Assembly (NCBI GenBank): GCA_003560665.1
Contig: PWKK01000023.1
Span: forward strand, 110,417-174,416
Direction of reading: 5' to 3'
DNA: 64,000 nucleotides
From: Candidatus Nealsonbacteria bacterium
Lineage (GTDB): Bacteria > Patescibacteriota > Minisyncoccia > Minisyncoccales > PWPS01
Shown here: piece after piece, positions 37,024 to 46,938 of the stretch
How the letters are laid out: the number at the start of each line of letters is the position of its first letter
How positions within the stretch are numbered: position 1 is the first letter of the stretch
Translations under genes and position numbers: made by a program
The notes under the pieces: generated by a model
Database searches by the model: none
Told to the model about the DNA's origin: nothing
Seen by the model: the letters and a program-made list of their open reading frames with translations, nothing else

Positions 37024-37671
37024 ATGACACACAAAATACATCCAAAAATATACCGAATCGGAGAAACAAAAGACTGGGAGTCGAAAGGATTTTACGAAAA
37101 GAACTTTGCGAAACTTCTAAGAGAAGATTACGAGATAAGGACTCTCTTGAGAGAAGTTTTGCGCGAAATGAGTGTAGAAAGAATCGAAATTGAACGTTCA
37201 ATGGATGAGGTGGGTGTCTTGATTTACAGTGCGAGACCGGGATTGATAATCGGCAGAGGCGGTGAAGGAGTAAAAATACTTAAAGAGAAGCTGGAAAAGA
37301 AGCTTAAATCAGTTTCCGGAGGAGAAGAAAAAAGAGTTCGTTTAGAAATTAAAGAAGTGAAAGATCCCTGGCTTTCGGCACCTTTGGCAGCACAAGATAT
37401 TGCCAGACAACTTGAAAAAAGACTCCCCTACAGAAAAGTAGTTAAACAGGCACTACACAAGATTGCGATGCACAAAGAGGTTGAGGGAGTGAGAATCCAG
37501 GTAGGAGGAAGACTTAATGGAATAGAGATTGCTCGTAATGAGTACTTTCAGGAAGGAAAGCTAAAGAGAGCGACAATTCGTGGAAATATCGATTACGGCT
37601 TTGAAATGGCAAGGTGTCCTTTCGGGGCGATAGGTATAAAAGTCTATATTTATAAAGGAGAGGTATTCTAG
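37024..37671 (+). CDS. rpsC: 30S ribosomal protein S3
   Basis: ARPGLIIGRGG, GRLNGIEIAR. Confidence 0.97.
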   Translation: MTHKIHPKIYRIGETKDWESKGFYEKNFAKLLREDYEIRTLLREVLREMSVERIEIERSMDEVGVLIYSARPGLIIGRGGEGVKILKEKLEKKLKSVSGGEEKRVRLEIKEVKDPWLSAPLAAQDIARQLEKRLPYRKVVKQALHKIAMHKEVEGVRIQVGGRLNGIEIARNEYFQEGKLKRATIRGNIDYGFEMARCPFGAIGIKVYIYKGEVF

Positions 37672-37674
37672 ATT

Positions 37675-38082
37675 ATGTTGTTTCCGAAAAAAGTAAAACA
37701 TAGAAAACACCGTAAAGGAAGAATAAAAGGAATTGCTCGCAAGGGTTGTTTTGTTAATTTTGGTAGCTACGGACTAAAAGTAGAGGAAAACGGACACATA
37801 AGTTCAAGACAGATAGAAGCGGCGAGGAGGGCAATTATCCGTTATCTAAGGAAAGGAGGAAAGATGTGGATAAGAATTTTCCCCGACAGACCGATTACAA
37901 AAAAGGGGCAAGAAGTTCCAATGGGAGGAGGAAAAGGAAGCGTCGATCATTACGCGGCTCCGGTAAAGGCGGGGAGGATTATTTTTGAAATTGACGGGAT
38001 TGCGGAAGACAAGGCTAAAGAAGCACTAAGAAAAGCTGGCGACAAGATGCCGATGAAAACAAAATTTGTCAAGAAACAGTAA
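37675..38082 (+). CDS. rplP: 50S ribosomal protein L16
   Basis: QIEAAR, WIRIFPD, MGGGKG. Confidence 0.97.
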   Translation: MLFPKKVKHRKHRKGRIKGIARKGCFVNFGSYGLKVEENGHISSRQIEAARRAIIRYLRKGGKMWIRIFPDRPITKKGQEVPMGGGKGSVDHYAAPVKAGRIIFEIDGIAEDKAKEALRKAGDKMPMKTKFVKKQ

Positions 38083-38083
38083 C

Positions 38084-38281
38084 ATGAAAGTAAAAGAAAT
38101 AAGAAAAAAGAACAGAGAAGAGTGCTTGAAGTTGCTTGCGGAAAAGGCAAAGAGGCTGCATGATATCAGATTTGCTGGAGCGGACTCAAAATCTAAGAAC
38201 ACCAAGGAGGCCACCGGATTGCGTAAAGATATCGCGAGAATAAAAACAATCTTAAAAGAAGAAAAAAGAGATGAAAAATAA
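38084..38281 (+). CDS. rpmC: 50S ribosomal protein L29
   Basis: RKDIARIKT; operon position. Confidence 0.92.
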   Translation: MKVKEIRKKNREECLKLLAEKAKRLHDIRFAGADSKSKNTKEATGLRKDIARIKTILKEEKRDEK

Positions 38282-38528
38282 ATTAAAAGGAACAATTGTC
38301 TCCGATAAAATGGAAAAAACGGTAGTTGTTGAAGTTGAAAGAATAAAAGAGCACCCGCGCTATAAGAAAAGATATAAGGAGCATAAAAAGTATAAGGCAC
38401 ACAGTGAAAAAGGAGACTATAAACAGGGGGAAAAGGTTTTTATTGAAGAGTGCAGGCCGATAAGTAAAGACAAAAAATGGCGTGTAGTGGGAAGAGTTGA
38501 ACAGAATAAAAAACAACAAAAATCATGA
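38271..38528 (+). CDS. rpsQ: 30S ribosomal protein S17
   Basis: [20 protein letters not shown]. Confidence 0.96.
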   Translation: MKNKLKGTIVSDKMEKTVVVEVERIKEHPRYKKRYKEHKKYKAHSEKGDYKQGEKVFIEECRPISKDKKWRVVGRVEQNKKQQKS

Positions 38529-38896
38529 TTCAGACAGAAACAGTTTTAAAGGTTGCCGATAATGCCGGTGCAAAAGAGATTCAGTGCTTTCGTGTTCTTG
38601 GAGGAACAAGAAGACGTTATGCAAGAATAGGAGATGTTATCGTTGCGGCGGTAAAAAAAGCGGAACCCAGAAAAATCGTAAAAAAACACGATGTGGTTCG
38701 TGCTGTGGTTGTGCGCCAAAAGTATAATTATCGAAGGAAAGATGGAAGTTATATTCGTTTTGATGAAAATGCTGCTGTTGTTTTGGACGAGAAAACAAAA
38801 AAACCGAAAGGAGGGAGAGTTTTTGGCCCGGTTCCTCGAGAGCTTGCAGAAAAAGGATTTCGAGAGATAACAACAATGGCCAAAGAAGTGGTGTAA
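38525..38896 (+). CDS. rplN: 50S ribosomal protein L14
   Basis: [17 protein letters not shown]. Confidence 0.97.
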   Translation: MIQTETVLKVADNAGAKEIQCFRVLGGTRRRYARIGDVIVAAVKKAEPRKIVKKHDVVRAVVVRQKYNYRRKDGSYIRFDENAAVVLDEKTKKPKGGRVFGPVPRELAEKGFREITTMAKEVV

Positions 38897-38907
38897 AGAG
38901 ATTAATT

Positions 38908-39222
38908 ATGAAAATCAAAAAAGGAGATACAGTTTTAATAATTAGCGGAAAGGACCGCGGAAAAAAAGGCAAGGTCCTTCAAGCCTTCCCAAAAGAAGGA
39001 AAAGTTTCCGTAGAAGACGTCAATCTTTTAAAAAAACACGTTTCCCCGGAAAAACAGAAACAACAGCAAAAGGGAAAAAAAGTTGGACAAATTGTAGAGT
39101 TTCCTGCCCCAATATCTGTCTCGAATGCTAAGATCTTGTGCCCGAAGTGTGGAAAAGGGACGCGTATCGGGAGTGAAAAAGGAGAGAGGGTTTGTAAAAA
39201 ATGTAATCAAAAGATAAAATAA
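38908..39222 (+). CDS. rplX: 50S ribosomal protein L24
   Basis: KKGDTV..GKDRGKKG. Confidence 0.96.
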   Translation: MKIKKGDTVLIISGKDRGKKGKVLQAFPKEGKVSVEDVNLLKKHVSPEKQKQQQKGKKVGQIVEFPAPISVSNAKILCPKCGKGTRIGSEKGERVCKKCNQKIK

Positions 39223-39788
39223 TGACCGGCCTGAAAGAAAAATATCAAAAAGAAATTGTTCCGGAACTGAAAAAAGAGTTTGAACTGAAAAACTCTTTAG
39301 AGTGCCCGAAAGTTAAAAAAGTTGTTTTAAATGTGGGAATTGGGAACTGGGTTACGAAGGATGCTTCGCGAAAAGAAGAAGTGCTGAAAAAAGTTTCTGA
39401 GGATTTGAAAATGATTACCGGACAGAAACCGCAACCGGCACCGGCAAAAAAATCAATTTCCGGATTTAGCGTAAGAGAAGGAACGCCGGTCGGACTCAAA
39501 GTAACCTTGCGTAGAGATAGGATGTACAACTTTATTGATCGACTTGTCCATATCGTTTTTCCTCGCGTTAGAGATTTTCAGGGGGTAAAGAGAACATCAG
39601 TTGACAAAAGCGGTAACTTGACAATAGGGCTCAAAGAACAGGTTGTTTTTCCGGAAATTTATGCGGATGATACAGATTTCTTTTTCGGTGTGGAAGTAAC
39701 TATCACGACATCGGCGAAAAACAAAGAAGAAGGAGTTGCTCTACTAAATAAGATGGGAATTCCTTTTCAAAAAGAGCAAACCGTATAA
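39222..39788 (+). CDS. rplE: 50S ribosomal protein L5
   Basis: ITGQKP, KVTLR, PRVRDFQG. Confidence 0.97.
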   Translation: MTGLKEKYQKEIVPELKKEFELKNSLECPKVKKVVLNVGIGNWVTKDASRKEEVLKKVSEDLKMITGQKPQPAPAKKSISGFSVREGTPVGLKVTLRRDRMYNFIDRLVHIVFPRVRDFQGVKRTSVDKSGNLTIGLKEQVVFPEIYADDTDFFFGVEVTITTSAKNKEEGVALLNKMGIPFQKEQTV

Positions 39789-39806
39789 TTCAAGAATTAT
39801 TTTTTT

Positions 39807-39992
39807 ATGGCCAGAAAAGCAAAAATAGAAAAATCAAAAGAAAAGCCAAAGTTTTCTACACGAACGGTAAGAAGGTGCTTTAAGTGTGGACGGCCAAGAG
39901 GAATTTTGAGAAAATTTGAGCTTTGCAGAATATGTTTTCGTGAAATGGCAAACAAGGGAGAAATTCCCGGTATTAGAAAATCAAGTTGGTAA
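39807..39992 (+). CDS. rpsN: 30S ribosomal protein S14 (zinc type)
   Basis: RCFKCGR..CRICFRE. Confidence 0.96.
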   Translation: MARKAKIEKSKEKPKFSTRTVRRCFKCGRPRGILRKFELCRICFREMANKGEIPGIRKSSW

Positions 39993-40002
39993 TTTAATTA
40001 TT

Positions 40003-40398
40003 ATGTATACAGACCCCATAGCAGACATGTTAAACAGAATTCGCACCGCGCAAGCAGTGGGCAAGCAGGCGGTCGATGTTCCCTTTTCTCTTTTGAAATA
40101 TAATATTGCAGAGTGCTTGGAAAGGGAGGGCTTTGTCGGAAAGGTTGCCAAAAAGAAAAAGGAAAAAAAGAGTCTTTTTTCTGTTTCTTTGAAATATGAT
40201 GAAAAGGGAGAGCCGGCAATAACGGAGATAAAAAGAGTTTCTTCTCCCGGGCAAAGAATATATAAAAAGAGTAAAGAATTGAAGAAAATCAGAGGCGGCC
40301 GAGGAGTTTCCATTGTTTCCACGCCAAAGGGATTGTTGAGCAATAAAGAGGCACGAGAAACGGGACTGGGGGGAGAAGTAATATGTGAAGTATGGTAA
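40003..40398 (+). CDS. rpsH: 30S ribosomal protein S8
   Basis: DPIADML, SSPGQRIY, GGEVIC. Confidence 0.97.
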   Translation: MYTDPIADMLNRIRTAQAVGKQAVDVPFSLLKYNIAECLEREGFVGKVAKKKKEKKSLFSVSLKYDEKGEPAITEIKRVSSPGQRIYKKSKELKKIRGGRGVSIVSTPKGLLSNKEARETGLGGEVICEVW

Positions 40399-40411
40399 TC
40401 TTTTTAAAAAC

Positions 40412-40951
40412 ATGAGTAGAGTAGGAAAAAAAACAATTAAAATACCCGTGGGAGTGGAAGTGAAAGAGGAAGAGAACAGACTAATTGCAAAAGGCGAAAA
40501 AGGAGAGCTTTTTCTTAGTATTCCTTCCGAGATAGGAGTTAAGGTTGAAGGTGACGAGATTTCGGTTTTTCAGAAAAAAGAAACAAAAAAGAGCAGAGAA
40601 TTGTGGGGAACAGTGAGATCTTTGATTGCCAACATTGTCGAAGGAGTAAGCAAAGGGTATCAGAAAGATTTACAAATCAAAGGAGTGGGTTATCGCGCAG
40701 AAGTACAAGATGGGAAACTGGTACTGCGAGTTGGTTTTTCTCACCCGGTAGAAGTAGACAAGGTTGAAGGAGTGGACTTTGAAGTAAAGAAAGACATCAT
40801 TACGGTTTCGGGAATCAAAAAAGAGCTTGTCGGGCGAGTTGCTGCCGAGGTTAGAGGTGTACGACCACCGGAACCTTACAAAGGAAAAGGAATTAGGTAC
40901 AAAGACGAGGTAGTGATGATGAAAGAAGGTAAAAAAGCGACTGGCAAATAA
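40412..40951 (+). CDS. rplF: 50S ribosomal protein L6
   Basis: MSRVGK, RPPEPYKGKG. Confidence 0.97.
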   Translation: MSRVGKKTIKIPVGVEVKEEENRLIAKGEKGELFLSIPSEIGVKVEGDEISVFQKKETKKSRELWGTVRSLIANIVEGVSKGYQKDLQIKGVGYRAEVQDGKLVLRVGFSHPVEVDKVEGVDFEVKKDIITVSGIKKELVGRVAAEVRGVRPPEPYKGKGIRYKDEVVMMKEGKKATGK

Positions 40952-40977
40952 AATAGTTTTCAACATTTAAGAGAAAT

Positions 40978-41319
40978 ATGACCGATAAAACGAAATTAAA
41001 CAGAAGACACAAAGCTATCAGGACTCGTGTTTCCGGAACGGCGGAAAGACCGCGTCTTCAGGTTTTCCGATCACTGAACCATATTTACGCGCAACTGATA
41101 GATGATGATAAAGGAGAAACCATTTTGACGGAAAACGACCAAAAGGAAAAATCAAAAAAAAAGAAAGTGGAACGAGCATTTGAAGTTGGAAAAAGAATTG
41201 CCGAGAAGGCGAAAGAGAAAAAGATAAAAAAGGTTGTTTTTGACCGAAAAGGGTATCTGTATCACGGACGAGTGAAAGCAGTGGCGGAAGGAGCCCGTAA
41301 GGGTGGATTAGAGTTTTAA
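40978..41319 (+). CDS. rplR: 50S ribosomal protein L18
   Basis: [16 protein letters not shown]. Confidence 0.97.
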   Translation: MTDKTKLNRRHKAIRTRVSGTAERPRLQVFRSLNHIYAQLIDDDKGETILTENDQKEKSKKKKVERAFEVGKRIAEKAKEKKIKKVVFDRKGYLYHGRVKAVAEGARKGGLEF

Positions 41320-41335
41320 TTAATCCCTATAAAAC

Positions 41336-41788
41336 ATGAAGAAAAAGGAAATTAAAAAAGAATTTGAGAACGAAGTTCTTGATATTAGCAGAGTGGAAAG
41401 AATGACTGCCGGAGGAAGACGGTTGCGTTTTCGTACTTTGGTTGTTGTCGGAGATAAAAAAGGAAAAGTTGGTGTGGGGACGACAAAAGGACAAGACGTT
41501 CAGCAATCCATAGAAAAGGCAACCAAGAAGGCACAAAAAGACATAGTGGAAGTTGTTATTACCGAGGGAGGAACTATTCCCCACGAGATAAAGGCGAAAC
41601 ATGGTGCAGCGGTAGTGCTTTTGAAGCCGCAATCGGAAGGAAGAGGGCTTGTTGCCGGAGGGACGGTAAGAGCGATATGTTCTATGGCGGGAATAGAAAA
41701 TATTTCCGGAAAGATCTTGGGAAATACCAGAAATAAATTAAACAACGCGAAAGCAACAATTAAAGCCCTGCAAAGCCTTAAGAAATAA
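41336..41788 (+). CDS. rpsE: 30S ribosomal protein S5
   Basis: GGRRLRF, VVVGD, GLVAGG. Confidence 0.97.
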   Translation: MKKKEIKKEFENEVLDISRVERMTAGGRRLRFRTLVVVGDKKGKVGVGTTKGQDVQQSIEKATKKAQKDIVEVVITEGGTIPHEIKAKHGAAVVLLKPQSEGRGLVAGGTVRAICSMAGIENISGKILGNTRNKLNNAKATIKALQSLKK

Positions 41789-41792
41789 AAAC

Positions 41793-42362
41793 ATGCAAAT
41801 TCACGATATACAACCGAATACAAAGCCAAAGAAAAGAAAACGCATTGGTAGAGGCGGGAAAAGAGGCACGTACTCCGGAAAAGGAATAAAAGGGCAGAAG
41901 TGTCGTGCAGGAGCAAAGATGCAACCAATGATAAGAGAACTGATTAAACGTTATCCGAAACTAAGAGGGTATAAGTTTTCTCCCCTAAAGAGCGATTTGG
42001 CGATTAACATCTCTGTGTTGGATAAGGTTTTTGAAGATGGAGCGACGATAGATCCGAAGGCAGTCACTCGAAAAGGATTGACGAAGAAAGGAGGAAGATC
42101 TCAGATAAAAATACTCGGCAAAGGAGAAACAAAGAAAAAGTTTTTTGTGAAAGATTGTTCGGTTTCGCAAAGTGCGAGAGAGATAATTGAGAAAGCGGGC
42201 GGAAGTGTTGGTAAAACACAAGACAAGAAAAATGCAAACCACAAAGAACAAATTGCCAATAAAACAGAAAACACAAAAAAGAAAAGCACAAAGGAAAAAG
42301 AACAGAAGGGAAAGATAAAAAATACAAAGAATAAAACACAAAAAGCGAGTAAAAAACAATAA
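41793..42362 (+). CDS. rplO: 50S ribosomal protein L15 with Lys-rich tail
   Basis: RIGRGG..GKGIKGQKCR, IEKAGG. Confidence 0.95.
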   Translation: MQIHDIQPNTKPKKRKRIGRGGKRGTYSGKGIKGQKCRAGAKMQPMIRELIKRYPKLRGYKFSPLKSDLAINISVLDKVFEDGATIDPKAVTRKGLTKKGGRSQIKILGKGETKKKFFVKDCSVSQSAREIIEKAGGSVGKTQDKKNANHKEQIANKTENTKKKSTKEKEQKGKIKNTKNKTQKASKKQ

Positions 42363-42424
42363 TCTAAAAGCAAGCAACTTGTAATTCGTATTTTCGAATT
42401 TCTCACTGATAGATTAAAAGCATT

Positions 42425-43705
42425 ATGTTTGAAAAAATCGTTAAAATATTTCAAATTCCTGACCTGAGAAAAAAGATTCTTTTTGTTCTCGGCGCCTTTG
42501 CGGTTTTTCGAACGATGGCGAATATTCCGATGCCGGGAATTGATCCTCAAGGAATGCAAGAGCTTTTTGATCGTTTTCAGATGTTCCAGTTTGCCGATCT
42601 TTTAATCGGAGGTACTCTTGATCAGTTTTCTATTGTGATGCTTGGCCTTGGACCCTACATTACATCGGTAATTGTTATTCAGCTTCTTACTTTGGTTTGG
42701 CCAAAGTTGCAACGGATGTACCGTGAGGAGGGGGATGCCGGTCGCCAAAAGGTAAATCAATATGGGAGAATGATGACTGTTCCTTTCGCATTTCTGCAGA
42801 CGTTCGGAATGCTTACTCTTTTTCAAAATCAAGGAGTGCTTCCTTCTCTTAATCTACTGGAGATGATAAATATTTTAACTGTTGTTACCGCTGGAACAGT
42901 GTTTTTAATGTGGCTCGGAGAACTTATCACTGAAAGAGGAATCGGAAACGGAGTTTCTCTCCTTATTTTTGCCGGAATTATTTCATCTGTTCCCGCCAAT
43001 GTAGGACACATGGTGCGAGATATAATGTTTAACCCGGAAGCGGTACCGATGTACATTCTTTTCTTTCTTATCGGAGCTCCGATTATCGCTTCCGTGGTAC
43101 ATGTAAATGAAGCGAGAAGAAATATTCCCGTCTCTTATGCGAGAAGAGTAAGAGGAAGAAAAATGTATGGTGGAGCTTCTACCTACCTGCCGTTGAGCTT
43201 AAATCCAGCAGGTGTAATTCCTATTATTTTTGCGATGTCGATGGTGGTTCTTCCTTCAATGCTGGTGGGATTTCTTGTAGGAGTGGAGGGTTTTGTAGGA
43301 AACGTAGCGGAATCAATTTCCGGATTTCTTGAGATGACTTTGGTTTATGGAGGATTAATTTTTATTCTTGTTTGTCTTTTTACATATTTTTATACATCGG
43401 TAACTTTTGATCCAAAGAATGTTTCTGAAAACTTGCAGAAAATGGGCGGATTTGTACCGGGAATAAGGCCGGGGAGACCGACAGCAAATCATATAAGCTA
43501 TATCCTCAACAGAGTGCTTCTTGTCGGAGCGTTGTTTTTGGCGACTGTCGCCGTACTGCCAATGGCAATTGCCGCTATTACCGATATTGAAGCATTCGGG
43601 TTCCTTATTGGAGGCGCGTCATTAATTATTATCGTAAGTGTGGTTTTGGAAACCATTAGACAGATAAACGCTCAGCTTCAGATGAGGGAGTACGAAACCA
43701 TTTAA
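42425..43705 (+). CDS. secY: Preprotein translocase SecY
   Basis: LGLGPYITS, GIGNGVSL, PGIRPG. Confidence 0.98.
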   Translation: MFEKIVKIFQIPDLRKKILFVLGAFAVFRTMANIPMPGIDPQGMQELFDRFQMFQFADLLIGGTLDQFSIVMLGLGPYITSVIVIQLLTLVWPKLQRMYREEGDAGRQKVNQYGRMMTVPFAFLQTFGMLTLFQNQGVLPSLNLLEMINILTVVTAGTVFLMWLGELITERGIGNGVSLLIFAGIISSVPANVGHMVRDIMFNPEAVPMYILFFLIGAPIIASVVHVNEARRNIPVSYARRVRGRKMYGGASTYLPLSLNPAGVIPIIFAMSMVVLPSMLVGFLVGVEGFVGNVAESISGFLEMTLVYGGLIFILVCLFTYFYTSVTFDPKNVSENLQKMGGFVPGIRPGRPTANHISYILNRVLLVGALFLATVAVLPMAIAAITDIEAFGFLIGGASLIIIVSVVLETIRQINAQLQMREYETI

Positions 43706-43709
43706 AAAA

Positions 43710-44411
43710 ATGAAAAACAAACTGGTAATACTTATCGGACCCCCCGGTTCGGGCAAAGGAACACAGGCTCTTCTTCTCGCTGATAAAAAAAAGATGACGC
43801 ATTTAGAAGTAAGCAAACTTTTAGAGAAGAAGTTTCTCGGTACATCCAAAGAGGATATTATAAAGATTGGGAAGAAGGAGTACAGCCTAAAAGAACAGGA
43901 GAGAAGGTGGAGAAACGGTCTTTTGTGTGAAGACGAGTTCGTTGCAGAGGTTGTAAGGGAGAGTCTTGGGAAAATGCAAAAAAGAGATGACTCTGTCTTG
44001 CTGGACGGCTACCCGCGTACGGTAAATCAGGCAGAGTTAGCCGTTCCGTCTCTTCTTGATTTCTATAAACAATCAGATATTTTGGTGGTATATTTGGACG
44101 TTGGAGAAGAAGAGTCTCTTGAAAGAAATAAGAACAGAAGGGTTTGCTCACTGATGCGCCATTCGATTATTAGTCTTCCTGAAACAAAGAATCTCTCGAT
44201 TTGTCCTGTAGATGGATCTCCTCTAGAAAAAAGAGTAATGGATGATCCGGAAACCATAAAAGTAAGATTACGCGAGTTTCGAGAAAAAACAGCCCCTATT
44301 CTTGAATATATGGAGTCAAAAAAAATAACTGTGGCTCGTGTTGACGGGGTGGGCACGATTAGCGATGTTTTTTTTCGAGTTCTTCAAGAAACGGAAAGTT
44401 TTAATATATAA
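43710..44411 (+). CDS. adk: Adenylate kinase (long lid, divergent)
   Basis: GPPGSGKGTQ, LDGYPR; position after secY. Confidence 0.85.
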   Translation: MKNKLVILIGPPGSGKGTQALLLADKKKMTHLEVSKLLEKKFLGTSKEDIIKIGKKEYSLKEQERRWRNGLLCEDEFVAEVVRESLGKMQKRDDSVLLDGYPRTVNQAELAVPSLLDFYKQSDILVVYLDVGEEESLERNKNRRVCSLMRHSIISLPETKNLSICPVDGSPLEKRVMDDPETIKVRLREFREKTAPILEYMESKKITVARVDGVGTISDVFFRVLQETESFNI

Positions 44412-44413
44412 TT

Positions 44414-44989
44414 ATGGCCCCTAAAATTGTTTTTTTTCTCGGACGACCCGGTTCGGGCAAAGGAACCCAAATCAAATTCTTTGCAGAAAAAACAGATTTC
44501 GAAGTAATAAATACGGGAGATCTTCTCCGAGAACGAGCGGAAAAAGACGATTTTATTGGGAAGAAAATAAAGGAAACGCTATTAAATGGAAGACTGATTC
44601 CAACTCCGTTGGTTTTTTTGTTATGGATGCCCGTTTTATTAGGGTTCCGCGAAAAAGGAGTGAAAGGAGTTATTTTTGATGGTAATCCTCGGAAGCTTTA
44701 TGAGGGATGTATGTTAGAAGAGCTCTTTGAGATGTTCGGTTGGGATGAAGTAATGGTCCTTTATCTTGAGATAAGCGAAGATGAGGTACACAAAAGACTT
44801 GAAAAGAGAGGAAGAGATGATGATAATAAAAAAGAAATAGAAGAGAGATTGAAGTGGTTTAGAGAAGACGTTGAACCGGTTGTGAAATACTATTTTGAGA
44901 AGGGAATGCTCTTGAAAATAAACGGCGAGCAGTCGGTGGAAAAAGTAAGAAAAGAAATAGAAGAAAAAACAAAAAGCTTTCTTAAATAA
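44414..44989 (+). CDS. Nucleoside monophosphate kinase (short-lid Adk family)
   Basis: GRPGSGKGTQ, TGDLLR, DGNPR, RGRDDD. Confidence 0.85.
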   Translation: MAPKIVFFLGRPGSGKGTQIKFFAEKTDFEVINTGDLLRERAEKDDFIGKKIKETLLNGRLIPTPLVFLLWMPVLLGFREKGVKGVIFDGNPRKLYEGCMLEELFEMFGWDEVMVLYLEISEDEVHKRLEKRGRDDDNKKEIEERLKWFREDVEPVVKYYFEKGMLLKINGEQSVEKVRKEIEEKTKSFLK

Positions 44990-45732
44990 TGCTGAAGTCG
45001 GAAAAAGACATCGTCATAATGAGGGAAGGAGGAAAGATCTTAGCGGAGATTATGGCGGATGTAAAGAAAAAAGCCGTTCCCGGAGTTACTACCCTTTTTT
45101 TAAATGACTACGCCGAAAAACTTATTCTTAAAAAAAGGGGGAAACCATCCTTTAAGGGTTACAGAAACTTTCCGGCCACTCTTTGTACCAGCGTTAATGA
45201 CGTTATTGTTCACGGAATACCTTCAGAATATGTTTTAAAGGAAAAGGATATTCTCTCTCTTGATTTAGGTTTTTTCTATCGAGGATTTCACACTGACATG
45301 GCTGTAACATTTCCTTTAGGAGAAGTGGAAGGAGAGTCTTTGCGCCTCGTAAGAGAGACGAAAAAAGCGTTAAAGAGGGGAATTAAAAAAGCAAGAGAAG
45401 GAAACACTCTCGGTGATATTGGAAACACTATTTCAAGACACGCTCAAAAAAGTGGTTTCTCGGTAATGGAAGGCCTTTGTGGACACGGAATTGGGAGGTA
45501 CGTACACGAGGGACCGCAAGTTTTCAACGAAGGAAAAAGGCACAAGGGCTTAAAAATTGTAAAAGGAATGGTTTTTTGCATTGAGCCGATGTTTTCTATC
45601 GGAGGTAAAGAAATAAAAGAAGGGAAGGACGGAGCAGCGATTGAAACGGCAGACAAGTCGCTGTCGGCACACTTTGAGCACACGGTGGCGATAACGGAAA
45701 GTGGTACAGTTGTGCTCACAGAGCTTGAATAG
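44989..45732 (+). CDS. map: Methionine aminopeptidase type I
   Basis: SVNDVIVHGIP, GHGIG, IEPM, SAHFEHT. Confidence 0.97.
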   Translation: MLKSEKDIVIMREGGKILAEIMADVKKKAVPGVTTLFLNDYAEKLILKKRGKPSFKGYRNFPATLCTSVNDVIVHGIPSEYVLKEKDILSLDLGFFYRGFHTDMAVTFPLGEVEGESLRLVRETKKALKRGIKKAREGNTLGDIGNTISRHAQKSGFSVMEGLCGHGIGRYVHEGPQVFNEGKRHKGLKIVKGMVFCIEPMFSIGGKEIKEGKDGAAIETADKSLSAHFEHTVAITESGTVVLTELE

Positions 45733-45817
45733 TATTGTGCCATGGAGATGTTTGATAAAATTTGTTTATTTTGTATAATGAGCGTAATTTGAAATTATAA
45801 TTAATATTCCTGTTAAT

Positions 45818-46846
45818 ATGAATGAAGGAGAAAAAAAAGAAGAGTTTCCGTCGGAACTTCGTTATGATGTTTCCTCGGGAGACTGGGTGGTGATTGCATC
45901 TGGAAGGGCAAAGCGTCCGGAGATGTTTAAGAGAGAAGAAAGAATTAAAGAGGAACCCTCTGAAAAGGATTGTCCTTTTTGTGATTTCGACAATTTGAAA
46001 AACGCAATCGTTTCTTTTGAGAACGGAGAAAAGGTTAAAGAGATTACCGAAAATTGGAGTGCCATCTCCATCCCCAACAAGTTTCCTGCCTTTATGCCTG
46101 CCGACGAACTTGAAAAAAGATACGAAAACAGCTTGTATCAAACAATGAACGCGGTTGGTTATCACGAAGTGGTTGTTACGCGTGATCACCGCAAATCCTT
46201 GGGAGAGCTTCCGGTTGACAAGGTAAGAGAGGTCCTTAGTCTTTACAGGGAAAGATATTTGGAGCTGAAAGAAAAGAAACACGTTAATTATGTTTCTATT
46301 TTTCACAATCACGGACTGGAGGCGGGAGCGTCTATTGCTCACCCTCACTCACAGATACTGACTACCCCCCTTGTTGATATTGACCTAAACAAAGCTCTCG
46401 AGAAGGGGAGAAGTTATCACGAAAGCAAAAAGAACTGCATCTACTGCCAGATGAACGAGTGGGAGATGGAAAAAAAAGAAAGAATCATCTACGAAAACGA
46501 CCTTTTTTTGGTTATCTGTCCGTTTGCATCTAAGGCCGCTTTTCAGACCATTATCTCTCCGAAGGCACACCTGGCCTATTTTGAAGAGATTACCGAAAAA
46601 GAACTGGACTCTCTTGCTGACGCGCTTAGTGTTGCCCTCTCCAAGCTTTACAGAGGACTTAACGACCCTCCTTACAATTTTTATCTTCACTGTGCTCCGT
46701 CTGACGGAATGGATCACGGTTATTATCACTGGCACTGGACAATACTCCCAAAGACCTCTATTTGGGCAGGATTTGAGCTCGGAGCGAGAATGGAAATCTC
46801 TACCATTAAACCGGAAAAGGCGGCAGAATATCTTAGAGAACAGTGA
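45818..46846 (+). CDS. galT: Galactose-1-phosphate uridylyltransferase family protein
   Basis: RAKRP, CPFC, AGASIAHPHSQ, AGFELG; own promoter TTGATA-16 bp-TATAAT at 45752-45779. Confidence 0.9.
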   Translation: MNEGEKKEEFPSELRYDVSSGDWVVIASGRAKRPEMFKREERIKEEPSEKDCPFCDFDNLKNAIVSFENGEKVKEITENWSAISIPNKFPAFMPADELEKRYENSLYQTMNAVGYHEVVVTRDHRKSLGELPVDKVREVLSLYRERYLELKEKKHVNYVSIFHNHGLEAGASIAHPHSQILTTPLVDIDLNKALEKGRSYHESKKNCIYCQMNEWEMEKKERIIYENDLFLVICPFASKAAFQTIISPKAHLAYFEEITEKELDSLADALSVALSKLYRGLNDPPYNFYLHCAPSDGMDHGYYHWHWTILPKTSIWAGFELGARMEISTIKPEKAAEYLREQ

Positions 46847-46938
46847 TCTGAAAAAAGATTAAAATACAAAAGAGAAAGTAAGAGTTATAAATGACAAATT
46901 ATGAAAACCCGCCGAACGGCAGGTGATTACTGAAAAAA

